Shown: one piece after another, positions 24,813 to 31,150 of the stretch
Numbering within the stretch: the stretch's first letter is position 1
How the letters are laid out: every line of letters starts with the position of its first letter
DNA from: Erysipelothrix inopinata
GTDB lineage: Bacteria; Bacillota_I; Bacilli_A; Erysipelotrichales; Erysipelotrichaceae
DNA: 32,000 nt
Assembly: GCF_014396165.1 (NCBI RefSeq)
Contig: NZ_CP060715.1
Location: forward strand, 390,001 to 422,000
Direction: 5' to 3'
Notes under the pieces: generated by a model
The model's database searches: none
Told to the model about the DNA's origin: nothing
Seen by the model: the letters and a program-made list of their open reading frames with translations, nothing else
Position numbers and translations under genes: made by a program

Positions 24813-25313
24813 ATGAAAGAAATAGTTCTAGCTGGAGGATGTTTTTGGGGTGTAGCAGAATACTACAGACGATTAAAAGGCGTTGTAGACACAGAAACAG
24901 GCTATGCCAATGGAAATCAAGATACAGTTTCTTATGAAGCCGTATGCACAGGGAAAACGGGTCACGCTGAAGTAGTAAAGATTAAGTATGACGAAACTCA
25001 GATTTCTCTTAACCAAATTCTTGATCACCTCTTTAGAATGATTGACCCTCTAAGTCTCAACCAACAAGGCAATGACAAAGGCACTCAATATCGAACAGGA
25101 ATTTACTACGAGAATGACGACGATTTAAAAATCATCACTGACGTCGTGGCAAAACAACAACAAAACTTCAGTCTACCAATCCAAGTTGAAGTGACACCTT
25201 TAGAAAACTACTGCTCTGCAGAAGACTATCACCAGGATTATCTTGTAAAAAATCCCCAAGGTTATTGCCATATAAATTTTGGTTTAATCCAAAAAGATGA
25301 ACTCAAATCGTAA
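24813..25313 (+). CDS. msrA: Peptide-methionine (S)-S-oxide reductase MsrA
   Basis: 166 aa counted from ATG 24813 (AAGGAAG upstream), with the catalytic motif GGCFWG. The 27-codon upstream extension in the track ORF spans the terminator hairpin and is not coding. Confidence 0.95.
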   Translation: MKEIVLAGGCFWGVAEYYRRLKGVVDTETGYANGNQDTVSYEAVCTGKTGHAEVVKIKYDETQISLNQILDHLFRMIDPLSLNQQGNDKGTQYRTGIYYENDDDLKIITDVVAKQQQNFSLPIQVEVTPLENYCSAEDYHQDYLVKNPQGYCHINFGLIQKDELKS

Positions 25314-25368
25314 ATCCTTGTTTATTTTGAGGAATCATTCACAAATTAGCCTGTTTTGAGAGTGGTTG

Positions 25369-25384
25369 TGATAATATATTATCA
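25369..25384. promoter_or_regulatory. Perfect 16-bp palindrome TGATAATATATTATCA (Fur-type half-sites, 7-2-7)
   Basis: Read directly from the sequence. The half-sites TGATAAT and ATTATCA equal the Bacillus 7-1-7 Fur-box half-sites, but the spacer is 2 nt. It is followed by TTTTT, so a weak AT-only hairpin terminator for msrA is an alternative reading. Confidence 0.35.
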
Positions 25385-25420
25385 TTTTTGGTCATTTCAT
25401 TAATTTATTATCATCATGCG

Positions 25421-25429
25421 TGCTATAAT
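25421..25429 (+). promoter_or_regulatory. Extended -10 promoter element TGCTATAAT (orphan transcription unit)
   Basis: A consensus TGn plus TATAAT. No gene longer than 60 codons lies downstream. A strong terminator follows about 170 nt later. Confidence 0.45.
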
Positions 25430-25507
25430 ACCTTTATAATAATTGTGTGAGTACACAGATTCAATATTTTGTATTTTGGTAGGTACGAAATATTGTGGAG
25501 TTACTTG

Positions 25508-25609
25508 ATGTTGCAAGTGCCATTACAATATCAAGCTTCAATTATGAAATCCTATTATCTCAATTCTATTTCCAAAACTAATAGGTATAAAGCAATACGT
25601 TCCATATAA
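25508..25609 (+). CDS. Possible 33-aa small protein (MLQVPLQYQASIMKSYYLNSISKTNRYKAIRSI)
   Basis: GGAG lies 7 nt upstream of the ATG. The ORF sits between the TGCTATAAT promoter and the terminator, and its stop codon falls in the terminator loop. No homology recognised; the unit could equally be a non-coding RNA. Confidence 0.2.
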   Translation: MLQVPLQYQASIMKSYYLNSISKTNRYKAIRSI

Positions 25610-25626
25610 GAACGTATTTTTTTTAT
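25594..25626 (+). terminator. Rho-independent terminator of the orphan unit
   Basis: AATACGTTC-CATATAA-GAACGTATT followed by TTTTTTTAT. Confidence 0.8.
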
Positions 25627-25686
25627 TCTTACGAGCTAACTGAAGTATTTAAAGTTATAATTGTATTAGAAACGAAGGACCTCTGT

Positions 25687-26043
25687 TTGAAAATTGAACG
25701 TTAAATTGGTATTATCTTTTATTTATCAAACCGTGAACGTGTTACCGCCAATCAACTGGCAGAGCACTTCGAGGTTTCACGTCGGACCATTTTCAGAGAT
25801 ATCTATGCTCTTACTCTCGCTGGCATTCCTATTTACTCTGGTGAAGCTCTCTATCACAATACCAATTCATATTGTGATAAAAGCTTAATTACCGCAAACT
25901 CGGCAAGCGGACTTGATTTTGCCAAGGATATCATCACGGCATTACAAGTCTATCCTCAAGACGTTACTGAAGCGTGGTATCAATACTTCAAAGTAGGAAA
26001 CCCTGAGTTATTTTCGGATCTCATGAATCCAGCAAATCAGTAA
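25687..26043 (+). pseudogene. Chimeric pseudogene: N-terminal HTH of a YafY/DeoR-type (HTH_11, WYL-family) regulator joined to the C-terminal remnant of a DJ-1/PfpI-like protein
   Basis: Own translation gives (TTG)KIER*IGIIFYLSNRERVTANQLAEHFEVSRRTIFRDIYALTLAGIPIYSGEA, then LYHNTNSYCDKSLITANSASGLDFAKDIITALQVYPQDV...NPANQ*. There is an in-frame TAA at codon 6 (25702..25704). The WYL domain is missing. The tail resembles the DGxLITSxGPGTxxEFA end of DJ-1/PfpI proteins. Confidence 0.6.
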
Positions 26044-26072
26044 AAAAACAGGGTTAGCCCTGTTTTATTTTT
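26042..26072. terminator. Bidirectional terminator between the pseudogene (+) and the DUF4256 gene (-)
   Basis: An A-run, then AACAGGG-TTAG-CCCTGTT, then TTATTTTT. The stem overlaps the last codons of the minus-strand gene. Confidence 0.75.
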
Positions 26073-26584
26073 ATATAACTACGATACCCTCGTGCAGAAT
26101 AATACGAATCAGCACCATTATGATAGGTGAATACCGTATTATAACGACGATCACAGAACAATGCACCACCGAGGTCACGAATTTCGCTTGGGGTCACAAT
26201 CCATGTTGATGTCTTCAAATCAAACGCTTCAATTGACTGCAATTCTCGATAGAGAGCTTCATCTAAGAGTCGTGTTCCCATCTTCTTATTCTCAGCTTCG
26301 ACACTTGATTCTGGTTTATTTTTCTTTCGATCGTTCAATGCTTTCTCATCAAAACAAAAACTTCGTCTTTTACTTGGACTCTCACTAGAACAGTCAACGT
26401 AAATCCATGAACCATCTTTTAAAACAACAAGATCTGGTTCGCCTCCCGTTTCTTCCATCTTCGTAATGATTTTGAGACTCTTATCATCCAGTACCTTGAC
26501 CAGTGAATTCCAGTCTACATTTCCATGTCGATGAGGATTCATTTCAAATCGTTCTTTTAAAACTTCTATTAATTGGTTTTCCAT
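26054..26584 (-). CDS. DUF4256-family protein
   Basis: 176 aa. The blocks ETGGEPDLV, KRRSFCFDEKAL..RKKNKPESS, GGALFCDRRYNTVFTYHNGADSYYSARGYR match my recollection of DUF4256 conserved blocks. Confidence 0.75.
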   Translation of the reverse strand: MENQLIEVLKERFEMNPHRHGNVDWNSLVKVLDDKSLKIITKMEETGGEPDLVVLKDGSWIYVDCSSESPSKRRSFCFDEKALNDRKKNKPESSVEAENKKMGTRLLDEALYRELQSIEAFDLKTSTWIVTPSEIRDLGGALFCDRRYNTVFTYHNGADSYYSARGYRSYIKIKQG

Positions 26585-26589
26585 CTCAT

Positions 26590-27003
26590 TTACTCCTTCT
26601 CGTTATTGGTAATGTCATCACGTGTTAGGATAGTGTCAATACCCCACATTATCATTAATTTGAGCTCTTCCCGATCAACGTCATTAAGATTTTTAAGGTA
26701 CAAGCATGACTTTCCTATTTTATACTTTCCCAATGAATCCAGTCTTGGATAAGATTCTAGTTCATCAGAAATATATAGCGTAAGTGCTTGTTTGCGATTA
26801 GCGAATCCAAATAACGGCATGTTTCCTTCGGTTCCAGTTGGATATTTATAATGAAGGCTTCCAAATCCAATAATATTACCCCAAAGTTTTGGTTTTTTTC
26901 CTGTGCACGATTCTCCCAAAGCTAAGAGTTGCATAATGTCATCTTTTCTCTTATCTTCAACAGTATCAAGATAACCATCAATATTATGTTGCGTTATTTC
27001 CAT
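26590..27003 (-). CDS. DUF1801 (YdhG-like) domain protein
   Basis: 137 aa with KLWGNIIGFGSLHYKYPTGTEGNMPLFGFANRKQALTLYI, typical of the DUF1801 fold. Confidence 0.7.
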   Translation of the reverse strand: MEITQHNIDGYLDTVEDKRKDDIMQLLALGESCTGKKPKLWGNIIGFGSLHYKYPTGTEGNMPLFGFANRKQALTLYISDELESYPRLDSLGKYKIGKSCLYLKNLNDVDREELKLMIMWGIDTILTRDDITNNEKE

Positions 27004-27004
27004 C

Positions 27005-27661
27005 TTACTTCCTTCCTACCACTGCATGAATCCAGTCTGGAGCATAGGCCGACGTACATCCCTTGGATACTTTCATTGTCTTATAAACACCACAGCGTTC
27101 GCCTATCTCTAAACACTTTTCGGTATAGTTTGGATATCCAAACCCAATTTCACATAGCATCCGATTCATCATCCAAGTTTCAGGTTCTTGGGATAATGGT
27201 AAGTTCTCGGATATGTATTCTAAAATTTCCGGAAAATCAGCCTCGTATTGTGATTTGTTTGCAACCATCAACGCCCAGTATGCTCGTCTTAACTTTAAGT
27301 CACGATTCTTACTACAAAGGTCAGCAAGCTTGGCTTCATCCTTAATTTTCGCTAAAACATTACTTATCAAACTATCAGAAAGTTCTACTGTCTGCGCGCT
27401 TCCTAAATATTCAAGTGCATCTTCAAGTGTTACTTTACCAGACTCCATTAAAAATATTCCTAAATTTTGCGCATCAAATTGACCAGTACTCCAAAGTTCA
27501 TCCGCCAGTTCTTGGTTCTTTCCTATATCCTTAGCAAACGACCGTATTTTACCCATTGGCACACCGAAAGCATCATCTGCAGCGCCTTGCTTTAATAATG
27601 TTTTTCTTCTTGAAGGAATTCCCTCACTTTGGAGATTATCCATTACTTCTACGAGCTTCAC
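27005..27661 (-). CDS. DNA alkylation repair protein (AlkD/AlkC-like HEAT-repeat family)
   Basis: 218 aa. It starts at GTG with AAGGTGG upstream. The N-terminus (GVPMGKIRSFAKDIGKNQELADELWSTGQFDAQ) resembles the DNA_alkylation family. Confidence 0.75.
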   Translation of the reverse strand: MKLVEVMDNLQSEGIPSRRKTLLKQGAADDAFGVPMGKIRSFAKDIGKNQELADELWSTGQFDAQNLGIFLMESGKVTLEDALEYLGSAQTVELSDSLISNVLAKIKDEAKLADLCSKNRDLKLRRAYWALMVANKSQYEADFPEILEYISENLPLSQEPETWMMNRMLCEIGFGYPNYTEKCLEIGERCGVYKTMKVSKGCTSAYAPDWIHAVVGRK

Positions 27662-27721
27662 ACGAACACCACCTTTTCTTTATCTTACCATTTTAAGATT
27701 GCTCACGTTATTTCTATGCAT

Positions 27722-27750
27722 CAAAAAAGATAGACCTTTCGATCTATCTT
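27722..27750 (-). terminator. Rho-independent terminator after pgi
   Basis: The minus strand reads AAGATAGATC-GAAA-GGTCTATCTT (GNRA loop) followed by TTTTGA. Confidence 0.8.
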
Positions 27751-27757
27751 AATTTAA

Positions 27758-29395
27758 TTATTTTTTTCCTAAAAGTTTAAACATATTCTTTTTATATACT
27801 TCAACACCTGGTTGATCAAATGGATTAACATCCAACATATACACTGACATAGCAAGTGATTTGAAGAAGAAGTATACGAGATAACCGAAGTTATATGCAT
27901 CTGCTTTTTCAATATTAAGGATCACATTAGGAACATTTCCAGTAACCTCATGAGCTTCAAGTGTTCCTTCAAATGCTTTTTGGTTAATCCAATTCAAGCT
28001 TTTACCTGATAAGTAGTTAAGTTGATCAATATCTCCATCTACAAATGGTACTTCAGCATCTTCAATTGGGTTGTCAACAAGCACTACAGTTTCAAAGAGG
28101 ACTTTCTTACCATCTTGAACAAATTGTCCCATACTATGAAGGTCTGTGGAGAAGTTAACACTTGCGGGAAGCAAGCCTTTTCCTTCTTTACCTTCTGATT
28201 CACCAAAGAGTTGTTTCCACCATTCTGCTAAGAATACAAGGTGTGACTCATAGCTTACAAACATTTCTACATCTTTACCTTGTGCTTCCATCATACGACG
28301 AACAACAGCATAAACATAAGCAGGGTTTGCTTCTAAGCTTGCATTATTTAATTCAAATGTAGCATCTTTAACACCACGCATCATAGCGTCAATATCAATA
28401 CCTGCTGCGGCAATTGGGAGTAACCCAACAGGTGTAATAACTGAGAAGCGACCCCCGATATCATCAGGAATAACAAATGTTTCATATCCTTTTTGATCAG
28501 CTAGAGGTTTTAGAAGACCATTTTTAGCATCGGTAGTTGCATAGATACGTTTTGATGCTTCATCCACACCATACTTGTTTTCCATGAACTCACGGATTAA
28601 ACGGAATGCTAAAGCAGTTTCAGTTGTAGTACCGGATTTAGAAATAACATTACATGCTACTTCTTTATCTTTAATATAGTTTAAAATTCTAACAATTGAT
28701 GTTGAAGAGAAAGTGTTTCCAATATAAATGATTTCAAGATCATCTTGTGCGTAAGGTCCTTGAATCATTTCAATTGCTGCACGTGCACCCAGGTAGGATC
28801 CACCAATACCACAAACAAGTAATACATCGGCTTGCTCGCGGATACGTTTAGCACACACTTTGATTCGATCAAATTCGTCTTTGTCATAACGATCTGCCCA
28901 ATCTAACCAACCTAAGAAATCATTTCCTTTTCCAGTTTTATTGTGGATCATTTCATGAATTCGTGTTACTTCATCTTGATAACTCATTACATCATTTTCT
29001 AATAATGCATGTTTCAAATTAACATTAACCATAGGTCTCTCCTTTTTCGCCACCCATTGAGGCATTTTAACATCTAAAGATTTAAACCCGAGAACACTTT
29101 CAGGGACCAAACTACGTTTATGTTCTTTATCTTCTCTAATTTTTCGAGATGAATAATTGAGAGCTTTTAAAGATAATCGAAGCTGATTCGGACCATCACT
29201 CACATCAATGATTTTCGCAATGATTTGTTCACCTTGAGCCACGTATTGACGAATATCTCGAACAAAATCATCCGATATTTCAGAAATATGAATCAAGCCA
29301 GTTGTATTCTCATCGATTGAAACAAAGGCTCCATAAGGTTGAATTCCCGTTATGACTCCTTCAACAATCTGTCCATTCTTATATATATTCTTCAT
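27758..29395 (-). CDS. pgi: S1 RNA-binding domain (YugI/GSP13-like) fused in frame to glucose-6-phosphate isomerase
   Basis: Residues 1-123 form an S1 domain (GQIVEGVITGIQPYGAFVSIDENTTGLIHISEISDDFV) plus a YugI-like tail (GFKSLDVKMPQWV). From Met124 (ATG 29032..29030) there is a full-length Gram-positive-type PGI (GNDFLGWLDWADRYDKDEF, VCGIGGSYLGARA, ISKSGTTTE). No stop codon separates them. AAGGAG lies 6 nt before the internal ATG. The outer start is probably ATG 29395 (GAGGT 6 nt upstream), not 29401. Confidence 0.9.
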   Translation of the reverse strand: MKNIYKNGQIVEGVITGIQPYGAFVSIDENTTGLIHISEISDDFVRDIRQYVAQGEQIIAKIIDVSDGPNQLRLSLKALNYSSRKIREDKEHKRSLVPESVLGFKSLDVKMPQWVAKKERPMVNVNLKHALLENDVMSYQDEVTRIHEMIHNKTGKGNDFLGWLDWADRYDKDEFDRIKVCAKRIREQADVLLVCGIGGSYLGARAAIEMIQGPYAQDDLEIIYIGNTFSSTSIVRILNYIKDKEVACNVISKSGTTTETALAFRLIREFMENKYGVDEASKRIYATTDAKNGLLKPLADQKGYETFVIPDDIGGRFSVITPVGLLPIAAAGIDIDAMMRGVKDATFELNNASLEANPAYVYAVVRRMMEAQGKDVEMFVSYESHLVFLAEWWKQLFGESEGKEGKGLLPASVNFSTDLHSMGQFVQDGKKVLFETVVLVDNPIEDAEVPFVDGDIDQLNYLSGKSLNWINQKAFEGTLEAHEVTGNVPNVILNIEKADAYNFGYLVYFFFKSLAMSVYMLDVNPFDQPGVEVYKKNMFKLLGKK

Positions 29396-29421
29396 CTCCA
29401 TACCTCATTAACATTCTTATT

Positions 29422-29450
29422 ATAACACAGGAATAATTGTATGCTATAAT
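29422..29450 (+). promoter_or_regulatory. Candidate promoter for the yuiD-like/nfu operon
   Basis: ATAACA (29422..29427), a 17-nt spacer ending in TGC, then TATAAT (29445..29450). It lies about 20 nt before the ATG at 29470. Confidence 0.5.
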
Positions 29451-29469
29451 GAATCAAGAGGTGAATTTT

Positions 29470-29925
29470 ATGGGAGATAATTATTATCCTATCGTATCAG
29501 CATTAGTTGCGAATATATTAGCGCAAGCATTTAAACCATTATTTTATTATTTAAAAACTGGAAAAAAAGATTTGAGTCTTGTTTTTGAAAGTGGCGGGTT
29601 TCCAAGTTCACATACATCACTTGTTGTAGCACTCACACTCTCCTATGGATATCTATCTAACTTTCAATCCCAGTATTTCTTTATTGCCATGGTTTTCTCG
29701 CTCACGGTTATCTATGATGCTGCGAATGTTCGTTACTATGCAGGACAAAATATTAAGATTACAAAACAATTAATTCAAGATATCGAAACATTGACACAAA
29801 CAACGCTCGATAACCCCGTCTACCGCCAAAAAATCAAAGATGTCCTTGGACATAAATGGGTCGAAGTTATTGGTGGATTCTTAGTCGGATTTATCACAGC
29901 ATCTGTTCTTTACTTCTGGAGATAA
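29470..29925 (+). CDS. Divergent PAP2-family membrane protein (YuiD-like, acid phosphatase/vanadium haloperoxidase-related)
   Basis: 151 aa counted from ATG 29470 (AGAGGTGA upstream), with the motifs GGFPSSHTS and YDAANVR typical of DUF212/divergent PAP2 proteins. Confidence 0.85.
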   Translation: MGDNYYPIVSALVANILAQAFKPLFYYLKTGKKDLSLVFESGGFPSSHTSLVVALTLSYGYLSNFQSQYFFIAMVFSLTVIYDAANVRYYAGQNIKITKQLIQDIETLTQTTLDNPVYRQKIKDVLGHKWVEVIGGFLVGFITASVLYFWR

Positions 29926-29926
29926 C

Positions 29927-30172
29927 ATGACACTTGAAGAAAGAATCATTCGCTCTTTGGATAAGATAAGACCCTATATCCAACGTGATGGCGGTGATAT
30001 GGAATTTGTGAGTGTTGATGAGAACGGCATTGTAACTGTCAGACTCCTTGGAGCATGTGTCGGTTGCGGTCTTATTGACTATACACTACGAGGCGGTGTT
30101 GAAGCCTTGTTAATGGATGAAATTCCTGAAGTGACTGGCGTCATTGCCGAAGATTACTTTACAGACTTATAG
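29927..30172 (+). CDS. NifU C-terminal-domain (Nfu-type) Fe-S cluster carrier protein
   Basis: 81 aa with IRPYIQRDGGDMEFV and a CxxC motif (GACVGCG), like YutI/Nfu. Confidence 0.9.
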   Translation: MTLEERIIRSLDKIRPYIQRDGGDMEFVSVDENGIVTVRLLGACVGCGLIDYTLRGGVEALLMDEIPEVTGVIAEDYFTDL

Positions 30173-30178
30173 ATGTTT

Positions 30179-30203
30179 AAAGACGCTCATAGCGTCTTTT
30201 TTA
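30179..30203 (+). terminator. Rho-independent terminator after the nfu-like gene
   Basis: AAAGACGCT-CAT-AGCGTCTTT followed by TTTTATATT. Confidence 0.85.
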
Positions 30204-30315
30204 TATTGATATTATAAATATTACTACTGTCAATCATCGTCATACTTTAGGAATAGGGATAAGAAATCTTAACTTCTTTAAAACTGTCCCCTAAAAGACA
30301 TCATTCCAAAATCCA

Positions 30316-30324
30316 TGCTATAAT
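30316..30324 (+). promoter_or_regulatory. Extended -10 promoter element TGCTATAAT upstream of the interrupted signal-peptide ORF
   Basis: TGn plus TATAAT, about 30 nt upstream of AGGAGG (30343..30348) and ATG 30354. Confidence 0.4.
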
Positions 30325-30353
30325 TAAATTGACATAAATGTTAGGAGGAGAAA

Positions 30354-30500
30354 ATGGAAATAAAGAAGAAATTATCTGCCATATTTCTAGCATAGGCAAT
30401 GCTTTCCACATTTATTTGGCCAATATCTTCCCAACACACTGATCAGAACGGATACATCAGTGAAGAACTAAAAAGTATGATATATCTTCCGAAAACATAG
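30354..30500 (+). pseudogene. Interrupted ORF with a signal-peptide-like start (MEIKKKLSAIFLA*AMLSTFIWPISSQHTDQNGYISEELKSMIYLPKT*)
   Basis: A strong SD (AGGAGG, 5-nt spacing) and an ATG, then a lysine-rich hydrophobic N-terminus. An in-frame TAG occurs at codon 14 (30393..30395) and a second TAG at 30498. Downstream frames are broken by stops. Confidence 0.3.
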
Positions 30501-30677
30501 TTTATTAATTGGTAAGTATGAAAACTGAATTGTTACTTCAAACAAACCAACTGTAGCTCATTTTCGATTCACTCAGACAATGAGGATGAAGGTTTCTCCA
30601 AAAACGCACTCTTCGCTGCCAATATTCAGGACGCAACGACGCATATTCTACCTATTCATAATAAAAAAGGAGCCCTT

Positions 30678-30815
30678 ATGACAACACTGATCTATTTAGT
30701 AAAAATAGTAGTTATTTTATATTTGATTTTTCTTTATGTCAGATACATGAACGAACAACACAAACTTTATCTTTCCCATAAGGAAAAAGATGATTCATCA
30801 AAGAAAGATAGGTAA
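30678..30815 (+). CDS. Possible 45-aa single-pass membrane protein (MTTLIYLVKIVVILYLIFLYVRYMNEQHKLYLSHKEKDDSSKKDR)
   Basis: AAGGAG lies 5 nt upstream of the ATG. A hydrophobic N-terminal helix is followed by a charged tail, and a long terminator hairpin follows. It is below the 60-aa cutoff of the ORF track. Confidence 0.45.
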   Translation: MTTLIYLVKIVVILYLIFLYVRYMNEQHKLYLSHKEKDDSSKKDR

Positions 30816-30856
30816 AGTGCCAGGTTAGCATTGCAGTGGCATACTCTTGACTAAAC

Positions 30857-30902
30857 AAAGGCTGTATACTGAGATTAAAGTCTCAATATACAGCCTTTTT
30901 TA
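30857..30902. terminator. Long bidirectional terminator hairpin between convergent small genes
   Basis: AAAGGCTGTATA-C-TGAGA / TTAAAG / TCTCA-A-TATACAGCCTTT, followed by TTTTT on the plus strand and preceded by an A-rich run for the minus strand. Confidence 0.8.
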
Positions 30903-31118
30903 TTTCTTATCCTTATTACTTTCTTTATTGCCTTCTTTAAATAATTTCACGAGTTTTACAACCATCGTTACGATGAGTAATGTCATTACTGCATACATTC
31001 CCATTCGTAATGGTGTCCACCCACCATGACTAAACCATGCCGTATCTAAAATAATGATAAGTACGGTTCCCATACCTAAATAAGCAATTGAATTAAAGCG
31101 TTCATCTTTATTCTTCAT
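30900..31118 (-). CDS. Hypothetical small membrane protein (2 TM) downstream of the ABC exporter
   Basis: 72 aa with GGAGG 6 nt upstream of the ATG, two hydrophobic helices and a lysine-rich tail. It starts 32 nt after the ABC transporter stop. Confidence 0.6.
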   Translation of the reverse strand: MKNKDERFNSIAYLGMGTVLIIILDTAWFSHGGWTPLRMGMYAVMTLLIVTMVVKLVKLFKEGNKESNKDKK

Positions 31119-31150
31119 AAGTCCCCTCCACAGGATGTTTAGGATACGTA

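Noticed and set aside
25694-25888. 64-aa plus-strand ORF MNVKLVLSF...
   Set aside because: It is off-frame by +1 relative to the clearly recognisable YafY-type HTH reading frame in the same DNA, so it is a by-product of the pseudogene region.
26161-28362. Track ORFs 26161..26388(+), 26929..27345(+), 27213..27482(+), 28162..28362(+)
   Set aside because: They are antisense to the DUF4256, DUF1801/AlkD-like and pgi genes. They have no SD and give Ser/Leu-rich shadow-frame products.
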